From positions 2,269,927 to 2,333,926 of the forward strand of contig OZ316898.1 of NCBI GenBank assembly GCA_973895155.1: a stretch of DNA of 64,000 nucleotides. Reading direction: 5' to 3'. The translations under genes were made by a program, and so were the position numbers. The notes beneath the pieces were generated by a model, which saw only the letters and a program-made list of their open reading frames with translations, made no database searches and was not told the DNA's origin. Origin of the DNA: Marsupella aquatica (lineage: Eukaryota > Plantae > Marchantiophyta). Of this stretch, positions 1 to 12,388 are shown in pieces (the stretch's first letter is position 1; each line of letters opens with the position of its first letter).

Positions 1-979
1 GGTTGGTATTAAAATATTATTGTCAATAAACTCAAATGGGCAAAACAAAAGGCTGGTAAACCCAGTCCCGCATGTGTATCACTAATTCTTATTGCCTTTA
101 CACTAAGTACAAAAACATGGTAAAAGAGAGACACTCACGTCATGGACCCCAATCTAAAGTTTTCTCCCCAACCAACCTCACGAGGGTTTGGGTACATTGA
201 TTTAAAGTCTATCAAGGATCTGGATCACTCATGGGCTCCATCAAAAAACACATTTTATTTTTGAGGTCCAGGAAAAAAATGTCTCTTAAACCTAGTGATG
301 TTTCTAGAACAGCGCCATGCCCTATTTGGGTGAGTGAACAATTAAATACCATGACTTTACTCTCTTTACCTTAAAAATTGCTTGTTTGGTGATTTCTTAG
401 TATGTATAAAAACCAAATTTTAGTTGGTTTTAGGTGGAAGTTAGGGAAGTCCCACAAAGATATTTTGGCCATAGATTTCCCCTTCTGGTGAATTAATGCA
501 ATAACATCTTTTGCAGAAAAGGAGAGGGGCCTGAGCCCTCAATAACAACCCTCAGGAACAAACTCCGCCGGAAGAAGTAGCAAACCCACAGCCAACCCAA
601 AACAGGCTGGATCCAACCAGAAAACCAACAAATTAGTAAGACCATGAAAATTTTGAACAACCACCAATTGGCAGCCATCTCAAAATTCCAGAGACTGGTT
701 TTCCTACACTTCCTATGTAAAGACTGCCTTTGCTTGTAGTCTAACAACTAAATTTTCTTGGACTTACTGTTGCTGAACATTGGACCCACAATCATCCTGT
801 ACCTGATACATGTAGGTGCAGATTCTCTGACTGAACCCCTTGTCTTTGCAGTCCTCATTTCCCTGGAGTGGCCCCTGTGTGGCGGCTGCATGAGCCATCT
901 TCTTAATGCCTTCCACCCCCATCATTGCTGGTGGTAAGAGAGACCGGGCTGTCAATGTGCTCCCCGGGAAGCAACACCA

Positions 980-1659
980 TGTTAAGGATTGCTCTTAGTC
1001 TTGTGATTCATAGGTTACGACACTTAGGCTAACCACAGTCAGGGTCTTAGCTGAGGTTAGGTTAGTCGTGTGTGACCTTGTATATATCAGGGCTAGTGTA
1101 AGCCGTTGGTGTATGGTGCTTACTCATTGTAACGGAGTAACTTGAGGAAGAGGGAAAGCATGTGTGTTTGTCTACTCTTAAAGTAAAGCTTGAGTGTTCG
1201 TGTGGACGTAGCCTTAGAGAAGAATCAATCTATTCATTAAAAGTGAATTATTATTCAAGTTATGAACATTTGGGTAACAGAAAGTGTACATTTGGCCTTC
1301 AAAAAGTGTACAATTAGGCAAGAAACAAAGTTGATTACCATCAGATGTACCACCATGTTCATCATTTGTAAATAAACTAGGATGAGACTCCTTCTAGTCA
1401 AGATCATTTTTGTTATCTCAAGTTTACAATTGATCATTTAGGTGTAGAGTATTATACCATAGTGTACCTTTTGGGTTTAAAAAGTGTACATTTAGAGACC
1501 AAAAAGTGAACATTTAGAGGCCCAAAAGTGAACAAAATAAAATACACTTTTAATGAATAGGGTGATAAGAGGTGAACCACGTAGAGATTGTGTCGACTAA
1601 AGTGTGCATGGAATGAGTAATGATTGGATCGTCATGAAGGAAGACATCATAGTTCAACA
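980..1659 (+). mobile_element. Solo LTR of an LTR retrotransposon (about 333 bp after removing a nested insertion)
   Basis: Starts TGTTAAG (980) and ends TTCAACA (1659), flanked by an identical 5-bp TSD CACCA (975-979 and 1660-1664). TATA-like TATATAT at about 1081. Contains GTGGACGTAGCC...GGTGAACCACGTA, resembling plant copia-type U5 regions, split by the insertion. No PBS or PPT is adjacent. Confidence 0.85.
1224..1566. mobile_element. Non-autonomous TIR element (MITE-like) nested in the solo LTR
   Basis: Terminal inverted repeat: ATCAATCTATTCATTAAAAGTG at the left versus CACTTTTAATGAATAGGGTGAT at the right, with a perfect 16-bp core. Flanked by AAGA (1220-1223 and 1567-1570); the alternative reading is a 2-bp AT TSD with CA...TG ends. 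AT-rich interior with repeated AAAAGTG(T/A)ACATTT motifs. Confidence 0.8.
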
Positions 1660-2400
1660 CACCACCTTCAGTTGTTCAAGGGCAGCCCACAACTGATTTA
1701 ATTTCCTTCTTAGCAGATTTGCACACATCGAACATGGATTTCAGGTGGGATTCCATTTGGCTGAGAACCACCCATTCGGGGAGTCTCCCAAGAATATATG
1801 AGGAAATGGCTGTGTTTCTCTCTTTCTAAATGCTGGAGCACATTTCCATCAGCAAAATCAGAGACCCAGGTTTCCACTTGTGTTTGAGGATAGCACTGGT
1901 GATGGCCTTGTACACGGAATGGAAGGGTGTTGAAAAGGTTGAGGAACCCTGCACCAGCTGCTCTCTCCACCTCCCTGTCACTTTAGTACAGCTACATAAC
2001 AGGTTTTCAGTATGCTCAAAGCAGGACTTGCACCAGGAGCAAATTCCATCACAGTCTCCCTAGTGGCTTCTCCTGCCACTGGTGAAAACACCCATAATTG
2101 AGAAGCCACTATAGAAAGAACCTCACCTTTGGCATTGACCAGCCTCCCCAAAGTTTCTTCCACAGTTTCTTCCTGGACTAGTGTTGAGGGGTGTTCAATT
2201 GCCCCATCTTCTGTTCAGCTTGGTAATGTCTTTACCCAAAGGTAGAGTGCAGTTAACCCACACTCTATTGCAATTTCCAGACCTCATTTCTCCCTTTCTA
2301 ATCCCATTGCCACCTTTTGCATTCTTGAACGTTGCCCTTGCTGAGACCTGGACATTGCTTCAAATGATTGTAAACACATGGTATTTAGAGAACTAACACT

Positions 2401-2696
2401 CTCGGGGGTCTCACTATATGGGGACCTCCCCATCGCCTGCGACGTTTTTAGGCCTCGGACCCCCTAAAATGTAAGAATTTTTATTTTATTTTTTAACCCC
2501 TATAAAGTTGGAATATTCTTGGAATATTCTAAAAATTGGATTAAAAGACCCTAATGTTCTATAAGTCTCAAAATTAAATTTAAAAGACCCTATTGTTCTT
2601 CTACAAAAAAAATTAAGTCTTCCCTTAGAACCAATAAAATGACCCTATCCATCGTCGCACGTGATATACCATTTTTGTGGAAGTGAAACCCCCGAG
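2401..2696. mobile_element. MITE family A, copy 1 (296 bp, 15-bp TIR, 8-bp TSD)
   Basis: TIR CTCGGGGGTCTCACT / AGTGAAACCCCCGAG (1 mismatch). TSD CTAACACT at 2393-2400 and 2697-2704. Near-identical to 43785-44081. Confidence 0.93.
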
Positions 2697-3066
2697 CTAA
2701 CACTCTGTAGTTAGAATATTCTCACATATCAAAGTCTCAGAATTTCAGAATCAGACTCTAGATAATATGTGAGTCTCAACATCACTGATATTGATACTCA
2801 TAATGAGACTCTGACTATGTTCTTCATCCTATCAATTAAAAGCATTATTCCATCTTGTGCCCTGCATTGTTCGTAGAGAGGGGGCAAGGAATGATCTAGT
2901 ATCTGTTGGGTTGCTCTGGTTTTTTTAGCTATTCCAGAGTTTATACTTATTGCCTTGTAGATTGTTTTTTTTATAACTGTGGCCTGCCAAAGGGCACTTG
3001 ATCTTAGGGAGAGGGATTATTGATACTCATACGGAGACTCTGTAATGTGAGTCTCAAAGTCCTTGA

Positions 3067-3105
3067 TATTCCCAAATATCAGAGTCTCATTGATATTTGG
3101 GAATA
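3067..3105. repeat. Perfect 15-bp hairpin within a degenerate GAGTCTCA/GAGACTC repeat cluster
   Basis: TATTCCCAAATATCA (3067-3081) pairs with TGATATTTGGGAATA (3091-3105) around a 9-nt loop. Related motifs recur over about 2715-3120. Confidence 0.75.
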
Positions 3106-4535
3106 CTCACAATGATATTCACAAAACATGAATGCTCTTTCACATGCTTACATCCTTGATGGACCCCCAAGCATATATATTTTTGTGATGGCCCCCAACC
3201 TTTCATTTGACTTTGAATCACTCGTCACAGTCTAAACCCCCTCTGACATGTGCTGTCACATGTGTGTTCTTGTAAAGTCTTAGAAGGAGCAGCCCTCGAT
3301 TGTGGAAGCCCCGGTAGAAGCAGAACCAAGTACATTGTAAGCTATGGTGAACCGCCACCGCAGAGTGGCTGAACCTTACTCTTGAGTCAGCAAACCAGAC
3401 AAAGTGTCACTGAAAGTTTAGACCCGTCAAAACTGTAATGGCTACCCTAAATTGAGAAACAAGTGAGGACAATATGGTTAATTTTCTTTTGGGAGGACAC
3501 AGGCCTAATTATGCTACAGGAGATGATTCATTCAAGGTCTGTCACAGGGTTTCCAAGTTGTCTTCCAAAAAGGTCCACTTTTCTCCCTGCCCAAAGGGTT
3601 TTTTTTTATGATTGTAAAGTCTGGGAGCCCCAAAATTATGCTAACTAGTGTCATGTGAAGACAACGTCCATGCTGGCCTCCATGTTCGCCTCCAAAAAAA
3701 TAAATGCTCAACTTTCAAATACGAACCGCCTGTTCTGATGTGAACTAAATCCAACTGCATGCCTACCATGCAATTTGCACTGTCAGTCATTTTTTGACTA
3801 CGGTAGGGCAAGAACTACTATCCGTGAAGTATGCAATACCCTCAATACAACAAAGAGAAGTAGTCCATTATGGACTTTAAAATTACACATACCCAGTTGA
3901 TTACACAGAGAATTGAAAGGGAACATATTCAAATAGTGAAAGGTTTTAAGTGCAACTTAATGGGACGCAGTATATGGTTGCCCCTATTATTGGCTTCACC
4001 TACAAACTTCCACTCAAGCTACAACCGAAAGTCAATCAGTCCCAATTTTTGTAAGTTGCTTAGCCCTAAAATTGAAAAACCAACTGATGACAATCCATTA
4101 TGTTTTCAGAAGAAAATAGAAGGCGACCATAAAAGGCATTATGTGGTAGGCTCAAGACTGTGTACAGAGTGTGGTTATCCCTGGTAAGTTGTAATATGTT
4201 GTTGTCTTGTGTGACATAGCTCAGCTTTGCAATAGGGCACCACACAAGATCAAGACATACAGAGTTTGATACAAGTATCAGATAACCCTAACTGTAACCT
4301 GGGACAAAACGTTGGGGTTCATCAAGCACATGCCTCTCTTTCACATGCATAAATGTAAAATTAGTAATATGTGCAATGAGGATGGAACGTTGGGGTCCGT
4401 CAAGCACTGGGGTCCCGATGTGTATCAATGTATGATTTAACTATTGTCAACAGTTTGCACTAAGAAATGTGATGGGAACCGCTTTGTGCTGTTGATTTCC
4501 CAATGTCCATCGATGTCCCAAAGTCCCATTGGCCA

Positions 4536-4740
4536 TTCACATGTATTTCCACAGTCATATTTGTTTGCCAATCATAGTCAGGGTAGCTCTAGAATAAATC
4601 TAGGGCCCATTCCTTCTTTTATTCCCTCATAGGCTAAATTCACATGTAGTTCCACATGTTTGTTTGCCAATCATAGTTAGAGTAGATCTACAAGGAATCT
4701 AGGGCCCATTTCTTTGTTTATTCCCTCGTAGAGTAAATCT
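4536..4740. repeat. Diverged tandem duplication of a ~100-bp unit
   Basis: TTCACATGTA...TTTGTTTGCCAATCATAGT...AATCTAGGGCCCATT...TTTATTCCCTC occurs twice in tandem. Confidence 0.85.
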
Positions 4741-4809
4741 GGATAGTATAATGAGTGGATACAAGTGCAAGTGGGTTTAAAAGAACTTGGGGGCCTATTT
4801 AGGTTATAG

Positions 4810-5075
4810 GGTCTACCTATCCTAGATGGCAAGCATATCCTAGATGGCAAGCAGTGGACCCAAGTGAACATTTGCTTATTTTTGTCTAGAATTTTAAGCA
4901 ACCTCAGGTGGTCCAAACATTTCAAAACTTCAATTGGCCCTTCCTTCAAGAGATTTGCATTTATTGAATTTTGTTTCAAAACATTCTGTCTCGAATTATG
5001 TTACGAACAAGAAGTGGCCCTCCTTTTTTCTTTGGTGAAAAAAACCACAAGTTCCTCCATTCTTGTAAAACGACC
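4810..5075 (+). repeat. Dispersed repeat, homologous to about 38140-38400
   Basis: Shared blocks in the same order: ATGGCAAGCA..GTGGACC.AAGTGA, TTTTGTCTAGAATT, AGGTGGTCCAAACATT, ACAAGAAG, TTCTTGTAAA. Confidence 0.65.
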
Positions 5076-8000
5076 ATGAGTCATAAAAACTACAAGAGTG
5101 TTATTAAAGCACAATCTAGAAGACTGAAAAAGTTTGTTAATAACAAACATACATACTAAAGCTATTACTAGGCTAGGAGTTCTAGTTCTCCTGGGAATTT
5201 GGGTTTTGGGTAAGTTGTTGAGCAAAAACTCACTACTCAAAGGTTATAGCACATGTGCAACATCCAATGAATACACAAGTAATCAACACCAGAAATATGT
5301 GTTGCATATGTCTAGAGTTCCTACGTCCACAGAAATGCACAAGAGAAGTTTACTGAACTCTAAGTCTGCTAGATAATCGAGTTTTCATAGGCTAAGCTCT
5401 CCTTATCTCCTAGATGGCTATGTAACAATGTGGCTAAATTCCACTGAGTGACAAAGTCCTATTAGTGAACATGGTAGTAGCGCATAGAACATTCACCAAG
5501 TACCTGATTGCAGTTAGACTAACTATGGTTACATTGTAACCCTGGACTTAAGAGTCAATGCCTAACTCCAGTCCCTAAACCAGTTTTTGGAGCCTACGAC
5601 CTGCATGGATATGAAGATACAAGGGACACATGGCATTTGGTCACTGACCACGGACTGTCTGGAAAAATGGTAGTTCATGAAAGTTGTCGAGCTGAGTTCA
5701 AATTGCAAAAGCACTCACTGATAGGACCCCTGGGCCCTCAGTCTTAATTAATACATGGAGTACTTGCGAATGCTTGGAGGGTAATTAAATCCATCATTTC
5801 AAGCTAATAATTAAAATTGTTACTGGTAACAAGGGGACTTTTTATAGTAAAATGAAAGTAACAAGGGGTAAATAGGAAGTGGTCACAATCACAGGGGGGT
5901 TCACTTATTTTACACGGAGTGAGACTGAGGACAGGACTTTAAAACCAACCCCTTTACCCCTGCCTTTGCCCCACCCTAGTGGGGTACACCACATTCTAGT
6001 TCTAACACTTTGAAGAAGAAATGTCAACAGCAGGAAGGGCAAGTCACACAGGCTACCTGGCTCATGATTGATTTTCGTGCTTGCAATATGAAGCTTTCTC
6101 TGTCCCTCTTCCTCGGCTATGGTGCAAAGGCATTCTCCCTCCCTCATGCCCCATATAATGTTTTCCCAAGTGTGGTCATCATTCTTCCCAAATAATCTCC
6201 CTATCTTCAAACAGAGGTTTATGGTTTTGCCAACCCAGTGGGATCACACCATTGTCTTCTTTTAAAGAGAAAAGGGAAACCAATTCAACATCCCACCACA
6301 CACTATTGACTGAACAAGATAAGAGGGCCAAACCGAAGGCTAAGGCAAAGATCCGAAGAAAGTTTCACATGCATTTATGCTGAGGGGAATCGTGGTGGTG
6401 GCCATCGCTGGGGACTCTGGATACCATGTTGCTACGGAGCAACTACCTTGCCCCCTCGGGATGGTGTTCCTGACCTTTGGTGTGCTGACCTGGTCTTTTC
6501 TTGTGCTGGTGTGCGTGCCCTTGGTGATCCGGTTGTTGCTCATCCTACTGGCGGGAGCAACATTGCACTTGCCACCCACATGCCTGGACATGCTGAAGCC
6601 AACTGAGGCTGCCTGGCTCAAGGAGGAGGCCTATTCCCTTAGTTACCCAAGGGGATCTTTTCTACCTTTTAGCTCTTGAGGTCTTTGATGCTCTTCACCC
6701 TCACTTTGACCAGTTTCTTTGGGCTTGAATGTGTGGTTTTCTATACTGAGCTGAGGCCTGTTCTCCCTGTCTCTCTTGTCACAGCCTTATTTTCAACAGA
6801 GGGTGACGGTGGCACTTCAAAGAGCCCGAACCAGTGGTGACATGCCATGTGGAGCCGGTGTCCATGTACTGAGTTAGCCTTAACCCATAAACGAAATGGG
6901 GGCAAGTTGACAAATTAATTTGTTTTGGGGGACAGGATAATAAAAAATGCAAGAGAAAAAACGTTTTTGACAATCAACGGATTTTCCAAGAACAAACACA
7001 TTTACAACACTGATGTAGTTTATGGATAAGTCTACTTCTTAAAATTTTCGTTCGAGGGACAGAAATCTTCAGATACCCATTTATTTATTTATATATTCCA
7101 TACTTTCGAGCCTGCTATTCCGTACGCCACAGGGGCAGTACTACTGCAGAATATAATCATCTTTCAGAGTTCCCAGTCGTAAAGGACTAAAGGTCATTTG
7201 TTTAATTTGGGACGGCGTGACGAAATATTCTGTGCCCCCAAAAAAGTGACTGTAGCGCTGAAGTGCTGGCGGTATGGTCCCAGAGTATTGTTCATAATAA
7301 GACGGTACTATCCGCATGCTTCCCTTACTTACGTTCTCGAGGCAAGGTTCTATATAAGGCATGCTTTGAATGAGGGCGGCATCATGAAGGCATGATCTGC
7401 GGCTCTGCTGCATGGGCCCCACATATCCCCATGGGTCCCAATGGGTTCGCTTGCCCGGCATGGCATTTTACCATGCATGCATGGATGGGTCTGAGCATCC
7501 ATGGCCCCATCATTTATGAGGCGCGGGACGCATGATCCCATTCGTCATGATAATGTCCCACAAGTTGGAACCCACGGTCAAAGGGGGTCAAGGAATCGAA
7601 TTTAGTAATGATCGTCCCCTTTCAGTGGTGGTGTCCCGATACATTGAGCATAGGTGTCTCGATGTATGTGAAAATCACATACAAAATTATTTAGACTAAC
7701 GTACACTGATTTGAACATAATCAATTGGGTTTACCAGAACACCGAATGATATTGTGTATCGTATATTATCAAATTTTTATGTCCAATTAGGGGTTGCCTT
7801 GCTGTGCCCGAGTCTTAGAAAACAACACCTAATGTAAGTATAACAGAATAACTGAGCTTATCATAGTATCCAACAATTCATTATATATCAAACTGCCAGA
7901 AATTCGGGAGACATGATTCACAGGCCAAAAACCCAATCAAGGAAAAACAAGAAAAAGTCCAAAAAGACCAAGCACAAGCACAGTGCAAGGGAAACAAAAG

Positions 8001-8867
8001 ACCCTACACTCTAAACCCATTTAGTTGATGGGCCTTGTCACATAGCACAGTATACAAGGATGCTGATGATTTTTGAGGTTTGGTTGTTATTAGGCCAAGT
8101 AAAATGAGTTCTGGGCTGCCCTTTTGTGGGATTCCTGAGTCCTCTTCAATAGTTTTGTTTGAGAATTTTCTTTGGTGAGCTCTGGGACCACTTGTTTGTG
8201 CTACAAATTTGTTAGAATGCACTCCAGAAAGATTTTGCCTTTGACATTTGTTAGGTTTTCTGTTCACCAATAGCCCGTTTCCCACCTAGTCCAGATCCCA
8301 TTAGCCAGAATCTAATGGATTGTCTTGAAATCTAGGGATCTAATGGTCAAAATGGTCAAAATAGTGCAAGTAACACTAATTGCAATTAAACAGTGTTTTC
8401 AGAGGGAATGAGTTCTAAATGCACACGGTACCAAGTATGACTCTTGAGCTCCTGCACCCTAGATGGTGAGAGTCCAGTGACCTAAAACATTGCAGATTAT
8501 GCTCTAATCCGAGTATTGTGGCTTTCTGGGTTTTCCCTATATATTGGGTTTTTTTACCTCCAGGATCTTGTTTTGTGGTTTGACACTTTTTGTTCTTGGG
8601 CAGTGATCTGTGCAGGAACTAAGAACCAACAAAAGTGTGCTCAGGGATTCTATTTTGAGCAAAATTGGGAGTAGGGGGTAGTGGTCATGGCTGAACTCGG
8701 GCAACAGGAGAATCCAAAACCTCTGTAGGCTAGACAGAAGATAGATAAATAAATAAAACCTCTCTTTGCTGTGAACATAAATTCTCTCAAGTGCTATGGC
8801 GAAAGCTGTGGACTCAAATTATCCGCTGGATAGCTCTTGGCCATGGCTATAACGGAAGGCCATAACC

Positions 8868-8998
8868 ATACTCTGCAAGCTAGACAAAAGAAAAATAAAT
8901 AAATGAAATCCCACTTGGCTGTCAAAAGTCTTACTCTGCTACAACTATACTCTGCAAGCTAGACAAAAGAAAAATAAATAAATGAAATCCCACTTGGC
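8868..8998. repeat. Perfect 52-bp direct repeat with a 79-bp period, plus an older diverged copy at about 8720-8770
   Basis: ATACTCTGCAAGCTAGACAAAAGAAAAATAAATAAATGAAATCCCACTTGGC at 8868-8919 and 8947-8998. Confidence 0.92.
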
Positions 8999-9335
8999 AG
9001 AAGCTATTGACACCCAAATGAGTCGTGCTTGGGAATGTGTCTTGCTATAAACAGAACAAAAAGAACGACAATTCCGAAGTACAAGGAGTTTAAGCGATTG
9101 AAGTCAAAGGGTCCACATCCTGAGAGAAAGGAACAATTTACTAAATAGGGCCCACATGACATTAAATTCAGCCGTTTCAAACAGCACCAATTAGTCTCAC
9201 TGTGGTGTCTTTTGTGTTGGGTTGGTGCGTCGTTTTGATTCATGTACAGTCAGTTTTCTCTCTCTGTCACTACCTGTCTCTCGCTCTCTCTCTCATATTG
9301 AAGAGGAGGGCCCATAGTCGAAGTTTTAGAACTGT

Positions 9336-11250
9336 TTGCTAAGTGGAGCCCATCACTGTGCACGATTGTCAACCAGCCGAAGCGTATGTTGTGTTCCAGA
9401 ACAAATTTCTATCCCAGATAACAAGAAATCACAATCATTTTCACTGGTTCTCCTCAGAGATATGAGGCATGTTACGCGTGGTGAAATCGAAGTCAAAATT
9501 TCGATTCCTGAGATTGACATTGAACAAAGTCAGCAAGACTTGCAAGCCAGGGCGGGTCCTAACCTGATAGAAGCGCCAAAAATGGTGCGCAAAATAGTGC
9601 TGCAATGTCCAAATCCAATCTATTCCTAGGACACAATGCTCCCCTTTCTCAAGATTCCGCCTATCCATATAGAACACCGCCAGTAACATAGGGCACCAAT
9701 GGGCTAGAATGCCAGATACACGCAGCCAAAGTAGCCTCATCTCCAGCCACGAAGGCAAAGGCTGCTGTCTCGGCTGTGGAGCAAACAAGCTGGATTTAAC
9801 GTGTTCGCTACACCAATAGTGACGCCTTCTGGAGTAAACAAACGAAGCAATGTTATGATGTTAGAGATATAGTAGAAAACCTTGTACCGAACCTGAGCAG
9901 CGTCCCGATAATTACACATCAAAATGTGATCATATAAGGTATATAAGGTCACTCCATTCGACGATAAACCTAGTTGGATAGACCGGACTTTTCTTCAAGC
10001 AACTGAGGTAAATCAAAGATCAGCAATCTTCCCTAACATTAAGAGTTCATTGGGAGATATTAATTTCAGTCACGTCCAAGTATGTGACCAACGCTTTAGA
10101 ATTTTAGATCATTCCAGGAATCCAGGCTTCGTGCCTTCCAGTCTCCCAGATCTCACATAATTATACTGTCAACAGCGAAGCACGAAGAGCTAGATTCTGT
10201 ATCCTGTACAAACAATCCAAAATCAATGTACAAGTAAAGGCCAAACTGATGCGAGCTGTCTAGCACACAAAATGGACCAAAGCATCAAATATTTCCAAAC
10301 ATTTTATATGTCACATCCAGGACGTACTATCTGTACGAAATTATAATATCCAGCAACAGTTGTGTCAAGCTGACGTTTTAACCTTAGCAGTTGGAATTTA
10401 GATTCTGGTCATGTGCATGGAGAATGTTCGCATTCGGTCGGGAAGGATTTCCAATTTTGCACCAATTTGCATAGATTTTCACAAGTGGAGCAGCAATTTT
10501 ACTGTACTAGCCAATCGGTTCACCTCGCCGCAGCAAAAATGTTGATTCCGAATTCGATTCTTAAATATGTTCCCGTCGTATGGCTGTGATCACAGATCTG
10601 GGTCCGGAAGAAACTGAAGAATGGTGAGTCGTGTGCGTCTGGATCTCCCTCCACAAGTCATAGTCAAGTCATCACTCTGCTTTTGATGGATTGTGTCTAC
10701 AGTTTTCTCCACCCCATCATTATCGACGTACTACACGCACGTACACCCGTCGCGCCGAACGAATTTCCTTCCTTGAATGCTGCATCACTTCATTAGTTCA
10801 TTTCGACATGTTCCTCTCTCGACCCAATAGGATGTGGATTCCCCGAAGTCGGTGCCGCTGGCATTTAATAGAAGGTGACCTCAACAGCACTCTCAGCCCG
10901 ACTCCCCACAAATATTTTCGCCATTTGAATGTTTCTTCTGTTGACACGAAGCACTTCGCATAGCCCTGGGTGGCTCAGCGCCGAGTGTTGATCATTCTGC
11001 TCAACAAATAAAGGACACAAATTACTCGCTACTAGATTTCGAGCCTGCTGGAGATTCTTCAAGGGTGAAATTCTCTTCAGTGAAGCTATAAGCGAATCTG
11101 AAACGGGTGAACAAACTATTCTTTTCTTAACCTGCGTAGTAGTATTGTAGTACTAAGATTGACAGCCTATTTGAGAACACACGAGAACTCTCTTTAATAA
11201 TAAACACCTGAAGCATACGTTGCACTAATGGGCTTCAACAGACGCTTGGC
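9336..11250 (+). pseudogene. Possible decayed coding sequence of unknown family
   Basis: CpG-retaining block with protein-like stretches in shifting + frames (SLVLLRDMRHVTRGEIEVKISIPEIDIEQ; YKVTPFDDKPSWIDRTFLQATEVNQ; ERISFLECCITSLVHFDMFLSRP), broken by stops and frameshifts. Confidence 0.3.
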
Positions 11251-12388
11251 TCATTAGAGCATCTCCAATCCTTACTAATAGCATTAACTGAAGTGTTTAC
11301 GGAACCAAAAAGCCACGTCTACCCCGTTCAGCCTAAAGCTATCTGATTTTCAGGTAGTGGTTTTTGTTGTCATTGGAGACACTATTCAATTTTTATTTTC
11401 GAGTGACTACAGTAGGTTTGTTGCTGAGTTTTCTAAGGTTGCAACCTTGACTAGTTGGGAGAGAATATGCAGTGTAGACTTAGTACTGGGGTCGTTGTTG
11501 CATTCTCAAGTTTGTTATCTATGGTGGTGTGATGTTCATTTCTAGTTTGGATCACCATGACTGCTACTCCCAGGTGAACTAAACAAACAAGGTGTTGCTA
11601 CTCCTAACAATAAGAAAACCTAGTTACCTTTTGAGATCTCTTCGAGTACATGCATGTTCCACTTGCAGACTTAATTATGTCACTGAATGTGAATCAAATT
11701 AAATCAGTGCAATACAGTGATAAATGTTTATTTCTTAATTTGTCTTCATTTTAGGTACGGTTGTGGGGTTTCCATGTTTTAATTTATTTATGATTTTCAT
11801 GTTTGTCCTCTAAGAACCTCTTTTGCTTTCACTCAATTGTATCTTTGGGGCTTCTTTTGAGTTCTGTTTGTCCTCCATGCAAGTACCTCTTTTGTTTTCA
11901 CTTCATTGTACTTGGTTTGCTCCTTGTGATTTTAGTGTTTGTCTTGGAAGGACCTCTTTTGCTTTCACTCCATTCTACTTTGTTTGGCTCTTTCTAATAA
12001 CTTGGTTTTGTTCTCTCATTTCAATATTCATGAGTATCAATACATTGTGTCCATCATAGCTTCAGCTTCAAACTACTTGGGGCATATCAGATAAAAAGCA
12101 TTGGTCCCCTTTTAAGTAAAGTTGACAACACCAATAAAGATGAAAAGAGAAAAGGACCCACTTACTAAAAAGGGCCCAACAAAGTACACGTACAATTGGA
12201 GTAAAAGGAAAAGACGTCCAGAGAGACGACCAGGACAAAACACCAAACTCAAAAGAAAGGGTGAATTCATCGAAGAAAGACTTGAGATAGATCTGCTTTA
12301 CGTTGATGTGGAGAGGCTCCCTTTAAAGTAACACCTCCTCCATCGCCCTGAAAGAGATCACAAGACACTAGATCCCGTTCATTGCAAT

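Noticed and set aside
8868-8998. Repeat-spacer-repeat pattern as a CRISPR array
   Set aside because: Only two exact copies, eukaryotic context and no cas genes.
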